Below, one piece after another: positions 36,801 through 44,402 of a stretch of DNA of 64,000 nucleotides (positions are counted from its first letter, which is position 1; every line of letters starts with the position of its first letter). The notes beneath the pieces were generated by a model. The model worked only from the letters and a program-made list of their open reading frames with translations. It did not search any database and had not been told where the DNA came from. Source of the DNA: a phage; the sequence record OZ346219.1; one strand, given 5' to 3'. The translations under genes were made by a program, and so were the position numbers.

Positions 36801-37016
36801 TTATTTTCCTTTTCTCTGTTTACGTTTATAAAAGTAATACATTACCTCATCGCGTCCAGTGACCCAACATGCTATGGCAGTAAACAGGTTTACAATTCCC
36901 AACACACCTACGGATGCGGCGCTGTCAACAGACATAGGAACAGTAAAGGCCATAGCTAACATAGCAACACCACAAATGACATTAAGCACCATTATAATAA
37001 GACCGAAGAAAACCAT
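36801..37016 (-). CDS. Small membrane protein
   Basis: ATG 37016 with GGAGG SD; hydrophobic core, basic C-terminus. Confidence 0.4.
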   Translation of the reverse strand: MVFFGLIIMVLNVICGVAMLAMAFTVPMSVDSAASVGVLGIVNLFTAIACWVTGRDEVMYYFYKRKQRKGK

Positions 37017-37018
37017 TG

Positions 37019-37210
37019 TCAATCCTCCGACACAAGAAAACCAACAATCACGCCAGTGATAATACATGATGCGCCGCTAATAAGACAACCCGCGCCAAGT
37101 GATTCCCACCAGATCAGAGAAGCGACAATAACACAGAATCCCCAGACTACCGCAATCACAACATAGGCAAGGGTCGCCCAAAACATATATTTGTTCATAA
37201 TAAATCCCAT
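37019..37210 (-). CDS. Small membrane protein
   Basis: 63-aa track ORF; start uncertain (37210 or 37198). Confidence 0.35.
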   Translation of the reverse strand: MGFIMNKYMFWATLAYVVIAVVWGFCVIVASLIWWESLGAGCLISGASCIITGVIVGFLVSED

Positions 37211-37383
37211 TCACCAAACAAATAAGAAAAAAGCCATATCAACAGAAACGAGGCAATTGATCCGGCAAGCAAAATGATATTAGAGAATCCGCCGTCTATC
37301 CAGGCGACAAAACAGAATACGCCAGTATAGAAGCATAAACCCAGTACAAAGCATACTATAAGCAACCATAGACAAAACGCCAT
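37195..37383 (-). CDS. Small membrane protein
   Basis: 62-aa track ORF, hydrophobic. Confidence 0.35.
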   Translation of the reverse strand: MAFCLWLLIVCFVLGLCFYTGVFCFVAWIDGGFSNIILLAGSIASFLLIWLFSYLFGEWDLL

Positions 37384-37605
37384 AGAAAGCCCTCCAGTGA
37401 GCTAATTTAGTGCGGGTAGTACATTACCCTACCCGTATTGTTAATCAACGCAGAGCTTCTTCTAGCGCGATCCCAAACCATCCACAAACAACGCCCATAC
37501 AGACAGCTACAAGAAGATTCATTCTCTCTTTAGGGATCATTGCAATCATAACAACAACCATACAGAAAGCCATTACCATTGAAGTTAACATTTGTTCAAC
37601 CATTA

Positions 37606-37944
37606 TCACACCTTTAAAGTCATAGACGCATAAACATTAATGCCAGGCCAGTTAGGATCGCAATTATACTCAACATCCCACAAATAAAGCGGTTTAGATG
37701 TATCAGCCAAGTTTTTAAAATCTTCCACCCACATTTCAAGGCTATATGATGGATAAACTAGGCTATCATATCCGCCGTAACGTTGGCCTACTGGTCGGTC
37801 AGTAAAAACTACCTCAAGATCCGGTAATTCTTTTTCAAGGATAACCGCCAGCGCATAAATCAGACGGTCTTCCTTGTTACGCTGCCGAAGGACCGTTGTC
37901 AGTTGGTTTTTCTGGTTCACTAGCAAGCACCTCCACATTTTCAC
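37606..37944 (-). CDS. Hypothetical protein
   Basis: 112-aa track ORF; overlaps upstream ORF by 68 nt, start uncertain. Confidence 0.3.
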   Translation of the reverse strand: MKMWRCLLVNQKNQLTTVLRQRNKEDRLIYALAVILEKELPDLEVVFTDRPVGQRYGGYDSLVYPSYSLEMWVEDFKNLADTSKPLYLWDVEYNCDPNWPGINVYASMTLKV

Positions 37945-38197
37945 AGAATGAAATTTTCACAGACACAATTTTACCATAAGTGAAGAATGAATATACATTA
38001 TCGAGATATTCAACGTCGCCTACAATCACATCAAACTGCGGATCAGCAACCGCCGCAACATATTCTACCAGTTCATCAAGAGAATGCAACTTAATTTCAT
38101 CAATTCGGCTGTATTTGGTTGCATCTTTAATTTTAAAACCACGTTCTTTCAGTTTGTCAATCAGAATTTCACGCGGAGTTTCAAACAGTTTGCTCAT
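37877..38197 (-). CDS. Hypothetical protein
   Basis: 106-aa track ORF. Confidence 0.35.
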   Translation of the reverse strand: MSKLFETPREILIDKLKERGFKIKDATKYSRIDEIKLHSLDELVEYVAAVADPQFDVIVGDVEYLDNVYSFFTYGKIVSVKISFCENVEVLASEPEKPTDNGPSAA

Positions 38198-38218
38198 AAT
38201 ATAATCCTCACATTAAAT

Positions 38219-38419
38219 CTAAAATTTGTTAACGACGAATTGCATAATTAGACTAATCACAAACATTGCAAACCAAGTATAAATGCAACAGATAAAAGCT
38301 ACATACAATTCAATCTGGTCAGAGAATACACCGGGTAAAAGCATTAGCAAAATAACAACAGTAAAGACGCTAGCGATACCCGCAACAAAACCAATATCAT
38401 TTTTACTAATCGTCATCAA
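38219..38419 (-). CDS. Small membrane protein
   Basis: 66-aa track ORF, hydrophobic. Confidence 0.35.
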   Translation of the reverse strand: MMTISKNDIGFVAGIASVFTVVILLMLLPGVFSDQIELYVAFICCIYTWFAMFVISLIMQFVVNKF

Positions 38420-38625
38420 GTCACCGTTTTGTAAAGAAACACAATAAAATCCAAGACAAGAAAGACAGTGTAAATGATCATCGTCAAGACAGTAAACACT
38501 GTCAAATTTTCATCGTTAGTTAATTCATAGTCGCCCATCCATACAATCACAAGATATAGCATTGAAAGAATGGAAGCACCTACGAAGTTAAAAAACATAT
38601 TCTTGAGCGTCATATTAACAACCAT
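38416..38625 (-). CDS. Small membrane protein
   Basis: 69-aa track ORF, hydrophobic. Confidence 0.35.
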   Translation of the reverse strand: MVVNMTLKNMFFNFVGASILSMLYLVIVWMGDYELTNDENLTVFTVLTMIIYTVFLVLDFIVFLYKTVT

Positions 38626-38797
38626 CGCGGCTTAAGTCAACAGCAATTGCATACAGCATAATGAATATGCTAGCAGATCCGAGAATCAATACACCCTCAC
38701 ATTTTGAAACTCGCTCATCAAAATGTAACATTATCCATCCGAGGATGTTAAAGGCGCAGACCGCGCCTATGTTCGCTAACCAATTAATCTTTTTCAT
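38615..38797 (-). CDS. Small membrane protein
   Basis: 60-aa track ORF, hydrophobic. Confidence 0.35.
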   Translation of the reverse strand: MKKINWLANIGAVCAFNILGWIMLHFDERVSKCEGVLILGSASIFIMLYAIAVDLSRDGC

Positions 38798-38805
38798 AAT
38801 ATACC

Positions 38806-39132
38806 TTAGAAAGAAACAGTTTTCAAGAAATCCAGATTTTCAGTGCCGAAAACAGAAAAGTAGTGTTTTCCTTTTTCGGTTTTAGAGAAAGCGATTGTCT
38901 TCTCTACATGGTGACGGAAGCCAGACAGACGATCACCCAGGTCAAGGCGGCAAGCGTAAGTAGTGCCGTTTTCGAAAGTAACCTCGATTTGAGTTTTGTC
39001 ATATTCGCTTTCATAGGCTTTTGCTGCCGCGTCCTGTGCTTTACGCTCGAAGTCTTCGAAGTGGAATACTTCGTTTGCGTTAGCGAATACAGAAGATTCA
39101 GAGAAGATAACTTTAACAGATACTGGTTTCAT
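38806..39132 (-). CDS. Hypothetical protein
   Basis: 108-aa ORF; AAGGAGTATCAAA leader downstream of promoter 39175-39203. Confidence 0.45.
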   Translation of the reverse strand: MKPVSVKVIFSESSVFANANEVFHFEDFERKAQDAAAKAYESEYDKTQIEVTFENGTTYACRLDLGDRLSGFRHHVEKTIAFSKTEKGKHYFSVFGTENLDFLKTVSF

Positions 39133-39174
39133 TTTGATACTCCTTAGTAGTTCGTGTTTCGTTTCGATGGGTGT

Positions 39175-39203
39175 ATTATGCTATACACCCTATCGCGTGT
39201 CAA
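39175..39203 (-). promoter_or_regulatory. Sigma70-like early promoter
   Basis: TTGACA-N17-CATAAT plus conserved leader. Confidence 0.55.
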
Positions 39204-39211
39204 CAACTTTT

Positions 39212-39400
39212 TTAGTCTTTTTTCAAAATTTTTAAGGCAGTTTCTACAGCACCTTTCCAACCCTCCCACATAATGGACATAGTAATGAAGTTAAAGCACC
39301 CGCAGGAATCAACCTTTTTAGAGATAAACCATTCAACAAATCCTTCGCTCATACCATGCTCTTTAGCGGATTCGCGTAATTGTTCAATTTGGTCTTCCAT
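39212..39400 (-). CDS. Hypothetical small protein
   Basis: 62-aa track ORF. Confidence 0.35.
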   Translation of the reverse strand: MEDQIEQLRESAKEHGMSEGFVEWFISKKVDSCGCFNFITMSIMWEGWKGAVETALKILKKD

Positions 39401-39409
39401 AGTATCACC

Positions 39410-39610
39410 TCAACACTTAACATTATTCAAACGATTTTGAAAGTACATATAGCAAGCATAATTTTGTTTTGGCTGTACCGTATCAGATAGACACGCTTTT
39501 GCAGCCTCGCGGTCCGATGGATCTACACCCTCAGCTTTAAGTAATGCTAAAATCTGGTTATAGCGTACTCTTAGCTGTACTAATGGTTTCTCTCCCATAA
39601 AACCCTCCAA
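39410..39610 (-). CDS. Hypothetical small protein
   Basis: 66-aa track ORF. Confidence 0.35.
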   Translation of the reverse strand: MEGFMGEKPLVQLRVRYNQILALLKAEGVDPSDREAAKACLSDTVQPKQNYACYMYFQNRLNNVKC

Positions 39611-39838
39611 TTAAAGTTGTTCTGCAATGTATGCGGTGCATTTGCGGAGTTTAGCCATAGCACCACCTTTCATGTCGCTTGCACCTACAAGGTTCATGAT
39701 CTCTAAGCGATCAGCCGGATTCAGTCTAGTAGCCCAGATCTGGTTAGCCAGTTCCATTTTACCCATCTGCGGTTCCATCTCAAACAGTTCGCGCTCAAAG
39801 TCGATAATTTCTTTTGCTGCGTCTTTAAAGTTAATCAT
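39611..39838 (-). CDS. Hypothetical small protein
   Basis: GGGAGAATCAAA leader downstream of promoter 39868-39896. Confidence 0.4.
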   Translation of the reverse strand: MINFKDAAKEIIDFERELFEMEPQMGKMELANQIWATRLNPADRLEIMNLVGASDMKGGAMAKLRKCTAYIAEQL

Positions 39839-39867
39839 TTTGATTCTCCCGTTTCGTTGATGGTTGT

Positions 39868-39896
39868 ATTGTAGGGGAGTTATCCTCCCCTGTCAA
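39868..39896 (-). promoter_or_regulatory. Sigma70-like early promoter with stem-loop spacer
   Basis: TTGACA-GGGGAGGATAACTCCCC-TACAAT. Confidence 0.55.
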
Positions 39897-39904
39897 CACT
39901 TTTA

Positions 39905-40090
39905 TCAGAAATATGCAATATAGTTTGCCAGTCCTACAGAGTCATCATTCGGCATTGCTTTTACTGCCAGTTCAAACCCTGCTTCAACTTTCTGTTTAGC
40001 GGATTCTTCGTTATAACCCCAGATTACCAGAATAGCTACTACGTTTTCTTTGCTTACTGCTTTCAGTGCTTTAGTGATGCGACGTGCCAT
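39905..40090 (-). CDS. Hypothetical small protein
   Basis: ACGGAGAATCAAATT leader downstream of promoter 40137-40165; begins MARR. Confidence 0.4.
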   Translation of the reverse strand: MARRITKALKAVSKENVVAILVIWGYNEESAKQKVEAGFELAVKAMPNDDSVGLANYIAYF

Positions 40091-40136
40091 AATTTGATTC
40101 TCCGTTTAAGAAAGTGTGTTTCGTTTCGATGGGTGT

Positions 40137-40165
40137 ATTATGCTATAGGCCGGATCTGGTGTCAA
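40137..40165 (-). promoter_or_regulatory. Sigma70-like early promoter
   Basis: TTGACA-N17-CATAAT after terminator 40187-40218. Confidence 0.55.
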
Positions 40166-40186
40166 CAACTTTTTTAAAAAAATTTT

Positions 40187-40218
40187 AGGCAATAAAAAAG
40201 CCACTCCGAAGAGTGGCT
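40187..40218 (-). terminator. Rho-independent terminator
   Basis: Minus strand GCCACTCTTCGGAGTGGC then TTTTTTATT. Confidence 0.65.
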
Positions 40219-40366
40219 TATAGGGAAGGTAGCGAATCTTCCTTGTCTCCAACCTGCTAGCGGCCTAGCAAGTTAATGCTTTAGCGTACCGGATCGCCCA
40301 TACGCCGCAATAAATGCGGCTAGGTGACGTCCAAATCATTCTAACCGCGCTGTCTTTAGTTCACTA

Positions 40367-40585
40367 TTATTTATATCGCTTTCTATCGCGACGTTTTTGG
40401 TCTTCTTCCTTGATAGAGTTAAATGCATCAAAAAGACACATGACACTAATAATAAACATAACCGTATTTTCTACGATATCCCACGGCTTCGCATCAGTAC
40501 AGATCCCCCAAACGGTAAGAAATGCAAATAAGGCAGAAGAGATCACAAGAATGATACTTGCTAAGATATAAAAAGTCATTTTCAT
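40367..40585 (-). CDS. Small membrane protein
   Basis: 72-aa track ORF, hydrophobic, basic C-terminus. Confidence 0.35.
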   Translation of the reverse strand: MKMTFYILASIILVISSALFAFLTVWGICTDAKPWDIVENTVMFIISVMCLFDAFNSIKEEDQKRRDRKRYK

Positions 40586-40776
40586 GGTTTTACCTCAATT
40601 CTTCGATATTCATCACACATCCACGCAGTAAGCAAGAATCCCAGCACATAAGAAACAAAATACGTTAATGCTTCTTCTGGTTTCGTGCTATGTATCATCA
40701 GTAAACCAGCGAGAACGGTCTTAACAATTACATTTAAAATAATTAGCCACGCAAATAATTTCATCGTTTGCCCCAT
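40582..40776 (-). CDS. Small membrane protein
   Basis: 64-aa track ORF, hydrophobic. Confidence 0.35.
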   Translation of the reverse strand: MGQTMKLFAWLIILNVIVKTVLAGLLMIHSTKPEEALTYFVSYVLGFLLTAWMCDEYRRIEVKP

Positions 40777-41000
40777 TTCGGTCGAGTCTTTTCAAACTTA
40801 TACATTCCGTAACAATCTCGAATCATCCACGTAACAAGAGCACCAGTCAACACAGACAATACACAGAAGAAGTAAAACGGTCCGGTTGCATTATCAACAT
40901 GAGCAAGCCAGGTAAAGAAAACACATGCTAAGAATGTAAAGAACATCATAAAACACAAGAAAGCAAAATATTTTATGCTACTCATAGCGCCACCATACAA
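40761..41000 (-). CDS. Small membrane protein
   Basis: 79-aa track ORF, hydrophobic. Confidence 0.35.
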   Translation of the reverse strand: MYGGAMSSIKYFAFLCFMMFFTFLACVFFTWLAHVDNATGPFYFFCVLSVLTGALVTWMIRDCYGMYKFEKTRPKWGKR

Positions 41001-41088
41001 CAGATCATAAGAAAACCAAACGCAATAAGAATTGCATCAAATTTAGTGAACTCAGGTCCACCTATCAACATCATTCGTTCTATTTCGT

Positions 41089-41286
41089 TCATAGCGTACA
41101 AAGCCATTTAAAAGCACCACATAAAGCGATCAAAAGACTAGGTATAAACGAGATTACAACAAGACCAAAAAAATCATCTAAGGTAACACCGGAATAGCTA
41201 CCTACTGTAACAACACCGATCATCAGACACAGAAAGAAAACAAATGCAAGCATAAACAAAGTATTGCTAAACAGTTTAGTGATCAT
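41089..41286 (-). CDS. Small membrane protein
   Basis: ATG 41286 with GTGGGGTG SD (track start 41331 overlaps upstream gene by 56 nt). Confidence 0.35.
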   Translation of the reverse strand: MITKLFSNTLFMLAFVFFLCLMIGVVTVGSYSGVTLDDFFGLVVISFIPSLLIALCGAFKWLCTL

Positions 41287-41479
41287 TAGACACCCCACGA
41301 CGATCAATTTCAAAAACTTTTTTATCATCAACGAAGCATGTCACAACTGCCTCGTTGACTTCCGCAAATTGTTGTGTTACCCACTTAAGGTCAGAGCGAA
41401 ACAATGTTCTATTAATAACAAATGTTTTACCGCTCTTATCCTTACCCATAAATTTTGCTTTAACCATATCAAATTCCAT
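41276..41479 (-). CDS. Hypothetical small protein
   Basis: 67-aa ORF; AAGGTGATA SD overlapping upstream stop. Confidence 0.4.
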   Translation of the reverse strand: MEFDMVKAKFMGKDKSGKTFVINRTLFRSDLKWVTQQFAEVNEAVVTCFVDDKKVFEIDRRGVSNDH

Positions 41480-41488
41480 ATTATCACC

Positions 41489-41647
41489 TTATTTGCTAAT
41501 CGCTAAACCCAATCCGAAGAGAGCACCCGATGCTACAGTATACCCGAAAGTTTCAAAGGCAGTAAAGATATCTAAGCCACCAGCTAACAGAGTTGCAGTA
41601 AACAGAGTACCAGCTACGAACATAAAAGTTTTACCGATAAATTTCAT
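41489..41647 (-). CDS. 52-aa membrane microprotein
   Basis: Read by hand, below track cut-off: MKFIGKTFMFVAGTLFTATLLAGGLDIFTAFETFGYTVASGALFGLGLAISK; AAAGGAGAATCAAA leader downstream of promoter 41679-41707. Confidence 0.4.
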   Translation of the reverse strand: MKFIGKTFMFVAGTLFTATLLAGGLDIFTAFETFGYTVASGALFGLGLAISK

Positions 41648-41678
41648 TTTGATTCTCCTTTCGTTTGTTTGTTGGGGT

Positions 41679-41707
41679 ATCTTACTACCCCCGTTTCATG
41701 TTGTCAA
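41679..41707 (-). promoter_or_regulatory. Sigma70-like early promoter with stem-loop over -10
   Basis: TTGACA-N17-TAAGAT; GGGGGTA/TACCCC hairpin. Confidence 0.5.
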
Positions 41708-41713
41708 CTATTT

Positions 41714-42088
41714 TTAAGAATATTTTACTTCGTCTACAATGTCTTTCATGACATTGATTTCCATTCCGGTCAGAACACGTTGGAACATGTGCTGAACATA
41801 CGCTTTCAGATATTCATTTGATGGCTTGCTATCAAAAGTCTTTTTAGTGTAGTAGTCATCACCGAAAGCTACTGTAATTACATTTTCGTCGTCGTTCCAA
41901 GCGATATAAGCAAATTTGCCGTTATCCCAGAAGCGAGCACTAATTGCTACTTTTGTTGAATCGAATCCTACTTCGCTGTGAGATTCAAGAACTACTTGCG
42001 TGCCAGTTTCTTTATGAATGTAGTAGCGGGATACTAAGTCAAAGTTACGGGTGTAGTGACATTCGAATTTATCTTTAAACAACATCAT
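41714..42088 (-). CDS. Hypothetical protein
   Basis: 124-aa ORF downstream of promoter 42127-42155. Confidence 0.45.
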   Translation of the reverse strand: MMLFKDKFECHYTRNFDLVSRYYIHKETGTQVVLESHSEVGFDSTKVAISARFWDNGKFAYIAWNDDENVITVAFGDDYYTKKTFDSKPSNEYLKAYVQHMFQRVLTGMEINVMKDIVDEVKYS

Positions 42089-42126
42089 TTTTGATTCTCC
42101 TAAGTGTGTTTCGTTTCGATATGTGC

Positions 42127-42155
42127 ATTATGCTATAGTCGTTTATGGTTGTCAA
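42127..42155 (-). promoter_or_regulatory. Sigma70-like early promoter
   Basis: TTGACA-N17-CATAAT after terminator 42166-42195. Confidence 0.55.
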
Positions 42156-42165
42156 CACCTAAAAA

Positions 42166-42195
42166 CAAAAAACCCCGAAAAATTTTTCGGGGTAT
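42166..42195 (-). terminator. Rho-independent terminator
   Basis: Minus strand ACCCCGAAAAATTTTTCGGGGT then TTTTTGTTTTT. Confidence 0.65.
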
Positions 42196-42199
42196 AGAA

Positions 42200-42664
42200 T
42201 TACAGTTTGGTCGTCCACTCCAGGTCTAGATCTTCGACATACTCATGAGATCGGACAATCTCTAAATCGAACTCTAGGTCAGTACCAAATTTACGCGCAC
42301 CAACATCATAAGAAAGCGTGATATGCGGTACATATTCAGGATAATCCCACGTCGCACCTAAAGCAGTGCCTATATCGTGTCTGAATTGCATGTAGTCGCT
42401 TTCAAATGCCAACACAAGCGCATTAGTACCGGATTGAGTTTCAAACACTTTAAGATGGCATAGAGAGCCTAAAAACTTTTCACCCTCTTCTGGTATAAAC
42501 GGAACATAGACACGAGAATATAAGATAGTGCTATGCAGTTTATCACGAGGAACGGCATTAGGCAGATCGTAGAACTCCTGCAATTTTTCAATGCGGTCTA
42601 GTGTATCCTCAGTGAATTTAACCGCCGCATATGTACCTTTAACGGATTCTCTAAACGGGGTCAT
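42200..42664 (-). CDS. 2H-phosphoesterase-like protein at the position of T4 57B (Acb1-like candidate)
   Basis: 154 aa from ATG 42664 (GGAGG SD); two H-x-T/S-x motifs (LHSTIL, PHITLS) ~70 aa apart; sits 57B-57A-1 as in T4. Confidence 0.55.
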   Translation of the reverse strand: MTPFRESVKGTYAAVKFTEDTLDRIEKLQEFYDLPNAVPRDKLHSTILYSRVYVPFIPEEGEKFLGSLCHLKVFETQSGTNALVLAFESDYMQFRHDIGTALGATWDYPEYVPHITLSYDVGARKFGTDLEFDLEIVRSHEYVEDLDLEWTTKL

Positions 42665-42666
42665 AA

Positions 42667-42918
42667 TCAAGCCTCCGTGATCAGTTCTACTTCCTCTTCC
42701 GCTGCGTCGTCTTTAGGGAGAAGTGCTTTCACTTCTTCGACAATAGCATCAAGGGAAACAGTCCCGTTTTCGTCTGGCTGAATACCCAGAATGCGTACCA
42801 GTTCCATCAATACACACTCACGATCTTTCAGTTGGCCTTCTAAGAATGCGGCCTTTTCTTGAGTGTCAAACAGACGTACTTTCAGGACATTAATCATTTG
42901 TTCATGCTGATTGGACAT
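42667..42918 (-). CDS. Small acidic coiled-coil protein at the position of T4 57A
   Basis: 83 aa from ATG 42918 (AGGAG SD); heptad-like N-terminus, acidic tail DDAAEEEVELITEA; positional assignment. Confidence 0.5.
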   Translation of the reverse strand: MSNQHEQMINVLKVRLFDTQEKAAFLEGQLKDRECVLMELVRILGIQPDENGTVSLDAIVEEVKALLPKDDAAEEEVELITEA

Positions 42919-42950
42919 ATTCACATCTCCTACTTGTTGATAACTTTTTA

Positions 42951-43607
42951 TTAAATGTTCGCGAGAATCGCGCTTTCAAATTCTTCTAATGTACCATTAT
43001 TTATGATAATGGTTTCACCGTCAATAGGCAAAATTCCTTTTTCGGTGGAGTGAGTAGATACAATACCAGTATCACGCTGAATATGCAACACCTTAGCACC
43101 CATAGCACGCATGAGAGCAATTTCAATAGGCTGACGCACATCAACCACTACAAAATACCCTTCTTCATTTTTGCGCTTCATAAACTCATCCACAAAGAGA
43201 TTACACCAATAAAGCGGATTGATCAAGTTAACCATTATATCAGTACCGAGAGTGGTTAACATGAGACGAATAGACCAGACGTTATTATGTTTTTCTCCGA
43301 TCTCATTAACAACCTTGTAAATCTCAGCCAGACGATCACAAGTAAAGGAACTACCGCCATACTTCGAATCTAGCATAAGCAGACACTGAATAAACCACTT
43401 ATGCGCGGTATATGTATCAATACCTAGATCGGCTTCTCTGTCACGCCCTAACCCATCAAAGTCAAGATAAGTCAGACCTAAGTCTGGTTGACATTCGCAT
43501 AAGATTTCTTTGATCGGTGCTGCCAGTTGATAACTATGTCCATCAATTATTAACGCGGCAGTGTCTTTTCCTACTCGCTTTTTACCACAAAGTGCAATCA
43601 GTTTCAT
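42951..43607 (-). CDS. 1: Deoxynucleoside monophosphate kinase (gp1-like)
   Basis: 218 aa; P-loop MKLIALCGKKRVGKDTAA aligns to T4 gp1 MKLIFLSGVKRSGKDTTA; also LMRAMGAKVLHIQR and C-terminal NNGTLEEFESAI; AAGAGG SD. Confidence 0.85.
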   Translation of the reverse strand: MKLIALCGKKRVGKDTAALIIDGHSYQLAAPIKEILCECQPDLGLTYLDFDGLGRDREADLGIDTYTAHKWFIQCLLMLDSKYGGSSFTCDRLAEIYKVVNEIGEKHNNVWSIRLMLTTLGTDIMVNLINPLYWCNLFVDEFMKRKNEEGYFVVVDVRQPIEIALMRAMGAKVLHIQRDTGIVSTHSTEKGILPIDGETIIINNGTLEEFESAILANI

Positions 43608-43622
43608 TATATAAGCCTCTTA

Positions 43623-44213
43623 TTACTTTCTAAAAGCAGGGTGCATAGCTTTAATACCTTCCACCCGCTGACGATCCGCCGCCTGAATTGCTGGGCGAGG
43701 AACGATCAGTTGACCATCACGTTCAATGCTCATTGTTTTAAAGGGAAGAATTGCAGTACACACCAGAGATTCATGCATATCATCGGTGTATGTTAACTCA
43801 AGTTCCCCCAATTGTGAACACCAACAACCATAAAAGTTAAAAGTGCACACAATGTTACGTCGTTCGTTGTCCATCATGTGAACTTGAACGGCTTCCGGCA
43901 TTGAATCCTTCCACGCAGTGGAGTTACCGTTATTGTAGTCTACTATAGAAAGCATCCATGTGTAAAGGTTTAGATAGCTTTCCAAATGCTCATCGACAAT
44001 AAACCGGACTACCAACGGGTCAAACTCCACATGACTAGACGGATAATCAGCGACCGCCAAACCATATTGACCAGCAACTTGCTTAGTCGGTGGAATGGTT
44101 ATAGCAGGAAGTGTAACACCTTGAGCATTTAAAGTAAAGCCTTTTGTTAGCTGTCCATCTGGAATATTGATCTGCCAGTTGCTAGGGTTAGCATAGTTAA
44201 AGAGATTAGACAT
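43623..44213 (-). CDS. Putative tail completion/sheath stabiliser (gp3-like by synteny)
   Basis: 196 aa; GAGGAA SD; lies between gene 1 and the gene-2 candidate as in T4; late-promoter-like AATAAATA upstream; no sequence-level confirmation. Confidence 0.45.
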   Translation of the reverse strand: MSNLFNYANPSNWQINIPDGQLTKGFTLNAQGVTLPAITIPPTKQVAGQYGLAVADYPSSHVEFDPLVVRFIVDEHLESYLNLYTWMLSIVDYNNGNSTAWKDSMPEAVQVHMMDNERRNIVCTFNFYGCWCSQLGELELTYTDDMHESLVCTAILPFKTMSIERDGQLIVPRPAIQAADRQRVEGIKAMHPAFRK

Positions 44214-44234
44214 TACTGATTCCTCAAATGAAAA

Positions 44235-44242
44235 TATTTATT
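44235..44242 (-). promoter_or_regulatory. Possible late promoter for the gene 3 candidate
   Basis: Minus-strand AATAAATA, one mismatch to TATAAATA, ~20 nt upstream of ATG 44213. Confidence 0.3.
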
Positions 44243-44250
44243 AACAATTG

Positions 44251-44275
44251 TCGCTTTGCGACGTGCCGTAGGCAC
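44251..44275. promoter_or_regulatory. Two adjacent short palindromes in a divergent intergenic region
   Basis: TCGCtttGCGA and GTGCCgtaGGCAC between divergent genes 43623-44213 and 44403-44657. Confidence 0.3.
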
Positions 44276-44402
44276 TGACTACTTTTTAACCGAAACAAAT
44301 TTTTATTATTCTAAAGATCTTTCTTCGTTTTGGTTATGTTTTAACCAATAACTATATTTTTATACAGTAATAAATAAAACGGGTACTATACGAGGACTTC
44401 TT

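Noticed and set aside
40296-40330. Hairpin resembling a tRNA anticodon arm (5-bp stem, 7-nt loop with TTA) in a transcribed spacer
   Set aside because: No acceptor stem, D-arm or T-arm (no GTTC-type loop) can be built around it on either strand, so it is not a suppressor tRNA; more likely a simple RNA hairpin.
16977-42195. Repeated ~30-60 bp elements with palindromes, superficially CRISPR-like
   Set aside because: They have promoter -35/-10 geometry, irregular spacing of kilobases, each precedes an ORF, and no cas genes are present; interpreted as promoter/terminator cassettes.
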